This document shows, in pieces, positions 30,114-37,575 of a stretch of 37,575 nt of DNA; within the stretch, counting starts at the first letter, position 1; every line of letters begins with the position of its first letter. The notes beneath the pieces were generated by a model. It was not told the origin of the DNA, ran no database searches, and was given only the letters and a program-made list of their open reading frames with translations. The position numbers and the translations under genes are program-made. The stretch comes from Catajapyx aquilonaris (Eukaryota). Location of the stretch: positions 1-37,575 of the forward strand of contig KZ538982.1 in NCBI GenBank assembly GCA_000934665.2, given 5' to 3'.

Positions 30114-33100
30114 CTGAAATGCATGTTAAATTTCAGCATCATTTTGTGACTTGTTGAAATAACATGTCAGTAGCAATTATCCATTACATTTGGCTTCGTT
30201 AAATGCCTGATGGGGGTTTGGGTTTTGCCATTGTTGATATGTATTTCACAATTTGCTATATTGGATTGTAAAATCGACTGGATGAAGAAAATGGTGCAGG
30301 GCCCTCATGGGCTGGGTCACCACTGCCCCTATTAAAGTAGCAATTATCCAAGAATTTGGACACTCCAATTGAAATCTCTTATACTTATTCGCCTGATAAG
30401 TACTATTTTTTATTATTTAGTTACCCCGTTTCAGGGCGGGGCCCTTTGGGGGGGACACTTCTGTCGTTATAATNTACTATACTTATACCATCTGAATCTA
30501 GGCAACGTAATTGTGCAATTCAAGGAAGCAATAAAGTCCATGAATGCCAACGTCGCATATTGCACACAATGAATGTTTCAATTATTATTCAAGTGAGGGT
30601 GTCTTTCACAGAATTTTCAAAGGCGAATTTTTTCCATAGAAATTTGAAGATTGATGAGTTTTCTGCATGTGTGTGTGTGTGGGACACAAGGGGAAGGTCG
30701 CTTTTCATTCACGCTGTGTATGAAAGGAAGTTTATTATGCATATGTGGAGGAGGTGGGTTTGCATGACGGCAATAAAAAATGATGGTGTATTCTATACTT
30801 GAAGGGTGTTGTCTACCTGATCCACTGCGTCCCCATCCTGCTATGACCAGCTCTGTTCCGGGGGTGGGTAGTGCTGACCTTTGGCCCACCGGAAGACACA
30901 CAGGACCAATGAAGGCTGTGGATACACATATGGACGGACGTGTTACATGAGTACCTGTTTGCTCACATGCATTTGCGTGAACTTCGCGTGCGACATACAA
31001 ACTAACACAATCCATCCATCCAGGGAAAAACCCTCCAGCTTCACAATTCCTTATCGAATCTGAATTAAACCACAACACAATCATACACTTTGACTATTCC
31101 GTGTAGGGCTACTTAAAAAAAAAACTCTGCTTATTTTATGTAGGCGCTGATGTAGCCTGCAAAACTTACATGTGTAAAGAGCTTCTTTGTCGAGCTTGAT
31201 CAGGGCAATATCATTGACTATGGCTGGCTTGTTACGGTAATCGGGATGAGGGATGCTGTTTTCCACTTGATAATCTACCTCTTCGACGCCATCATCCTTG
31301 CTCCAGAGGTCACTGTCCCCAAGACGCACAAAGGTCCTGAATATTGTAAGAGAAATAGACGTTACACCTGTACAAACTTGATTAACTTCCAAATGAAAAT
31401 TTCCAGCTCATTTGTAGTGGCCTACATTGTCTGACATGACATCATCATTACTAGAACCATCGAAATGGAACTGCTCTGTTGTTTTGGAAGGTTACAACAA
31501 GTAATTATTACAGCAGGATGTTTTCAAATGCCGAAAGTGGACTTCGGTTGTGGAATCTCATGTTCATTTCGGTTGTTTCAATATGTATGCTTTTGTTGCA
31601 TAGATTGGAAACCAGTACCTAAGACAACGGAGAGCGTCTGCTATCCAGACAGGTTCACTGAAACCTCAAAATCTTCACTTGACATTGACGTTAACATCAC
31701 AGTACTTTCAATACTCAAAGATTATGGACTCTAATGCAGGTAGTTGTGCCAGATTTATTGCCATTACAGCATAGATTCATAATGTAAAGTACCCTTGATT
31801 ACAGTGTGGAATAAAATATCTTACAATTCACGAAGTTTCATTTCCTTATCGACGAGACAATGTGCTGCAGTAAGTACGAACTTACTGTTGAGGAGTGATC
31901 CACCACACAGAAAGGCATACCCCTTCTCCGATTCTGTAAAAATAACACTTGTTTTGTAAACAGGAGCATAGCGCAATAATTATGCATCTGAATAGTCATG
32001 TTACCGGTTTTGTATGCCAATGCGGCCATCCAGGGATACAATCCGGGCTCGGTGAGCTGACCTCCTCTGATTCTAGACGAGAGTCCGGAGAGGCCACAAT
32101 TTTCAGGGAATACGTCATTGGAGTCCGGGTCGCCCGAAGGTGCCTCTGGAGAAGGAGAAGGCTCCATCGCAGGAATCCCCGCCGTGGTCATCACAGCAGG
32201 TACTGCCTCTACCTCCACCGTGTTGTCTGCTGCTGGAGGTGCCTCCGTCGGTTCCTCTGCCTGCTGTGGGCAGCACACCAAGGGCTCAGCCCCTGAGACA
32301 ATAAACAGAAAGGAAGACAGTTAGACCTGCGATTTATACTGTCAATGAGCAATTGCATTACCAGCAAATCCGCATCCGGAGCGCTGCAAGAAGTGAATGT
32401 TGGTTGGACTAGGATCTTGCAGTAGTTTGAGGAGCACTGGGCACATTCGGAGGGCCATGCATGCGCCTTCTAACTCATTCGGAGTCGTGCACGTGTCACT
32501 CTCCGCTGAATATTGGAAGACAATGTCACCACCTGAAACATGTGGTCACTCAATAAGCTATAGGCGGACAGTTCCAAGAAAGCCCTGAAAATTAGTGCAA
32601 ATCAATGTGCAAAATATCAGCTTCAGCGGCGAAGATGACCGGGGTCACGGTTGTCGTTCGAGATATTAGGGAATTCCCGATTTGCTTCAATCGTTGTTCA
32701 ATTCTGAGGATACAGCCTCGCGTCATGCGGCTTCTTATCGAGAGCGATTCTTTGTAACGGCAAACCAGATCGTTCTGCCATGCCGCTAAAAAGTCATGTC
32801 CACCAACAACCACAGGTGAATTCCCTCCGTAGGCTACTGGCGTCATATAACCAGTAGCGTGAGACCAGCCAACAGACCGGACGAACTTCTAATTTTGGAC
32901 TTTTAATTGAATGTGTACTTACTAAATTCTGCAGTAAGTGGTGATTATTTTTAGGTTCCATATCATTAAACATTGCGCGAGTATTTGAGGTTTATTTAGG
33001 CCACACAATATGCACGAAGCATTGCTGATATTCAGGTGGCATCACCTCGTTACTTCAGGAGACAAAATGTTGTTGTTTTGACTTCAGAGATCAGTTTTTT

Positions 33101-33924
33101 AAATTCCTGGAAGCGCCTCGGTAAACGTGTAATATATTGGTTAAAGTAAATTATTAAGGTGACATTGGCTGACTGAAAAAGTCAAGGGCAATTCGCAAAA
33201 GGTTAACACCTTTTTTTTTACACATGGAAAAAATGTCTTTGTCGAGCTCCAGCAAAGATGCTGCGATGCGGAGATTTGTCTTCTACTTATCTATCAATGA
33301 AGTAACAGTTGAGGAACTTGCTGTTGACTTCTGGACAGTATGTCACACCTTATATACGTTGCTCCCAGATTCAGCTTTCCCTTACGAGCATGGAGCTTGA
33401 ATAATAAATAGTAAACTCGACGGCATGCACTGCAAATCTGTAAATCTGGGTTTCTTTGCAGGTTCACATACAACTTGTTTGTATTGTGCTGGAGGATTGT
33501 TTATAAATATTTAGGTCTGGCTTTGGTAATTGCAGAGAGACTGAATCCTGTTTATAAAGCGAACACTTGTACAGTAGGCTACTGCTCAACTTTTGTTTGG
33601 TGCTGGCGGAGGATTCTCGGTGTATTTCTATTCTGAAGAGTAGACTGCAATATAACACAGTTTAAAGTGTTTAGCGTATAAACATCGTAATAACCATTAC
33701 ATGACTGTACGTGGTACTGCGAAGTCTGCCGATGCCACACACCACACGCAGGTATACACGCTTCTCTAAATTAGGGATGGTTGAGCCGCCAATTATGATC
33801 TATCGAAATAAATCTGGAATGGCACGTGGGCATCCTTACCTGTGGGATGAGCCACGGCTGTGCAGGAAAGCAGCGCAAGGATGGCCAGAAGAGGCGAAAT
33901 GTGTAACCAACACTCACACTCCAT
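29764..33924 (-). CDS. Secreted CLIP-domain trypsin-like serine protease, complete, 7 exons, 422 aa
   Basis: Exons 33840-33924, 32362-32532, 32005-32292, 31825-31933, 31170-31336, 30817-30915, 29764-30113 (1269 nt, phases consistent). Contains a signal peptide, six-Cys clip domain, Pro/Ala/Glu linker, CG...SSR^IRGG activation site, intact triad TAAHC / NDIAL / GDSGGP, and Asp in the S1 pocket (GKDSC). Confidence 0.95.
30817..30915 (-). CDS. CLIP protease exon 6
   Basis: FIGPVCLP...VIAGWGRS. Confidence 0.93.
31170..31336 (-). CDS. CLIP protease exon 5 (catalytic Asp)
   Basis: VRLGDSDL...IPHPDY...NDIALIKL. Confidence 0.94.
31825..31933 (-). CDS. CLIP protease exon 4 (catalytic His)
   Basis: FLCGGSLLNSKFVLTAAHCL. 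Confidence 0.94.
32005..32292 (-). CDS. CLIP protease exon 3 (CC, linker, activation site)
   Basis: AEPLVCCP...PENCGLSGLSSRIRGGQLTEPGLYPWMAALAY. Confidence 0.94.
32362..32532 (-). CDS. CLIP protease exon 2 (clip domain C1-C4; not in ORF track)
   Basis: DTCTTPNELEGACMALRMCPVLLKLLQDPSPTNIHFLQRSGCGFA. Confidence 0.93.
32669..32678. promoter_or_regulatory. Palindromic NF-kB (Rel) site in CLIP protease intron 1
   Basis: GGGAATTCCC, with AGATA immediately upstream (32661-32665). Confidence 0.5.
33840..33924 (-). CDS. CLIP protease exon 1 (signal peptide; not in ORF track)
   Basis: MECECWLHISPLLAILALLSCTAVAHPT G|gtaagg; phase 1 matches the next exon. Confidence 0.8.
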
Positions 33925-34038
33925 GTCGACTAACCATATGCACCACCCGTTCTCCTCGAGAAATCAGCAAGAACTAACTCACACTATCTCCCACCAACCC
34001 CCCTTTCCCCTTACAATCCACTCCCTCCTCGCAATTCA

Positions 34039-34250
34039 GGAAAATCCCTCCCTAAATTCCCACCACTAACCTGCCACCATCATACTCGCAAAAAGTGAGG
34101 TGAGCTAGAGGGGAAGAAAGAAGAAGTGAAAAAAAAACTGCCCTTGCCACCATATGAACCTGGAAATAAAGGCGTCCGAACCACAATGATGACAAGGTCG
34201 GCCTTTTTTGCAGAATTCCGCGAATTGCGGTCCGCCCAGAGGGAATTTCC
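34039..34250. promoter_or_regulatory. Two NF-kB consensus sites upstream of the CLIP protease
   Basis: GGGATTTTCC on the minus strand (34039-34048) and GGGAATTTCC (34241-34250), ~115 and ~320 bp upstream of the ATG. Confidence 0.55.
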
Positions 34251-35668
34251 ACCCGGCATCATCCGCTCCTCCTGTGCTGAGAATTATGATGGACGGCACC
34301 ATTATTATTATGGTTGCACGGTATGCACACCTTTTGGCCGTTTTGTGCAATTATAGACAATCGGGTAGGTGGCTATGCAGACTTGCTGTTTTTTTTAAAG
34401 GCAGGTTTCAACCGGTTTAAGCGAGAATTGACCTGCGTCTTTTGATTCGTCCTCAGACGGCCATTTTTATTGTCTCATACTTGGAGTAGGTGGTATTGCC
34501 TCTAGGCCTAATCAGAGCGTCTCATCTTCTAGAGTGAAAGCTACTGCAAAAATTATAAGGCCCGTGAAAAGTTTTTGCTCATTATGCATATTTTGACAAC
34601 TTGTTTCTGCATGTCATCAATTAACAATTGCTGCAAATAAAGCAGCAAAATTCCAAGGGAGTGAATAGGAGAGTGCTTATTCCGATGTCATTTAAATTAT
34701 TGTCGTGTATTCACATACACAGCAGGTGACGCGTATGAAGCTCAAGGACATGAGCAGGGTGCGGCTAATATACACAGGAATTACCTCCCCCCAATAGCAT
34801 GTCCCTAGGGAAGAATTATGTAGTTCATCGTAGCATCTCCCTCCTTTTTTTCTATTCAAAGTTCAAATGGTGGAACTTTCATGGAAATGCCATGGAGGAG
34901 GGAACTGTATACTTGGGGTAGTTTGCTACGTCATCTATGTATCATTCTTGACATCTTCATGACATCTAGGCATTTGCTGCATCTACCGATAGTTCCTCGT
35001 TCAGGCCAAAATAATTATTGTCTTGGGAGAGTTTATGGCTATGTAAACAAAGTCGGTACCTTGCAGTTTCCCAATCCTTTTACCCAGTAGGAGTGAAGCT
35101 AGAATGTAAACTACGGTTGATTAATTCATCAATGTCCCGCGCGTTACCTTCATTCGGACTATCACCTCGGGCAGAGAAGAACCGCGTATAAATCAGTGTA
35201 ACAAAACCTGTATTTCTAATTATGTTTCCAGAAGGACTTGACAATACGGTATATGCGTAGCACTAAGGAGCATCACGACATATTTATTATTTTTTCAGGG
35301 GAATAAAAATATATTATAAGAGGTAGGTGTGTGGGTAGTTGCAAGAGAGCACAGGAATTCAAATCCTACCTCCCTTGGCAAGGTGGGGTCACCTGCGCCA
35401 CCTGTGGGGGAAATCTGGCAACTCCCTTCTGTTGCCTCCACTGATCCTTCCCGCTCTGCCCTCCTCCAGTTGGCTCCACTGATCCAAAATGGCGCGGGCG
35501 GTGCGCAGTTCCCATTGTCCCTAATAATTACTGGCAACGGAACACGTTACGGCCTCGCTTGCCCCTAGGTCGTGCCCGCTGCTTCTGCTATCACCTCGGA
35601 GGTAGTCTACTACGGTGCCTTCCTGCCCGCCACATCGCTAGGTCTCCATCGACAGCAGCAGCCGAGCA

Positions 35669-37344
<1,676 letters not shown>

Positions 37345-37382
37345 TGAATGTGAGCTTGTCAGAGGAACTGAATATTTAGTTG

Positions 37383-37575
37383 CCGAAGGGTAAATTGTCT
37401 GACAAGGGAACCTCTCGAAGTGTCACTCGAAGTTCAAGGTGAATTTTTTTTTTTTCGGGTTCCTTATCAGCTAGAAGGGGAGCCTTCTGGAGAAATCCTC
37501 GATCTCAAGCGTTTTCGAGATACAGGGGTCAAAAGGTCAAGAATGGACCACTTTATGAAGGCCCTGAGGAAGCTA
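37383..37575. mobile_element. Probable DNA-transposon/MITE fragment in RFC1 intron 5, running off the window
   Basis: Contains gttttcgagatacagggg, a motif typical of Tc1/mariner MITE interiors; the partner end is not visible. Confidence 0.35.

Noticed and set aside
33464..33658. Extra exon or nested ORF in CLIP protease intron 1
   Set aside because: All frames after the candidate acceptor reach stops or lack a convincing donor, and exons 1 and 2 already join in phase.

Overview
Eukaryotic genomic DNA, arthropod and probably insect, intron-rich, with a few N bases. It holds three spliced protein-coding genes. (1) The 3' ~1090 codons of a Niemann-Pick C1 sterol transporter (+ strand, 19 exons, 2603-25794; the 5' exons lie outside the window). 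(2) A complete 7-exon secreted CLIP-domain trypsin-like serine protease (- strand, 33924-29764, 422 aa) with three NF-kB-type sites near its 5' end. (3) The first five coding exons of replication factor C subunit 1 (+ strand, from 35669), head-to-head with the protease. NPC1 introns and the 3' flank are dense with non-autonomous DNA transposons (Tc1/mariner, pogo-like, piggyBac, PIF/Harbinger-like, possibly Sola-like, a hAT-like remnant) and tRNA-derived SINEs. The most striking pattern is the number of long foldback (near-palindromic) elements. Two of them are mariner derivatives whose 3' end is an inverted copy of the 5' end including transposase codons, so they could act as host-transcribed hairpin silencers. 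No CRISPR, rRNA or genuine tRNA genes were found. Exon boundaries were read by eye and checked for GT-AG and phase continuity; family names come from recognised motifs, not database searches.
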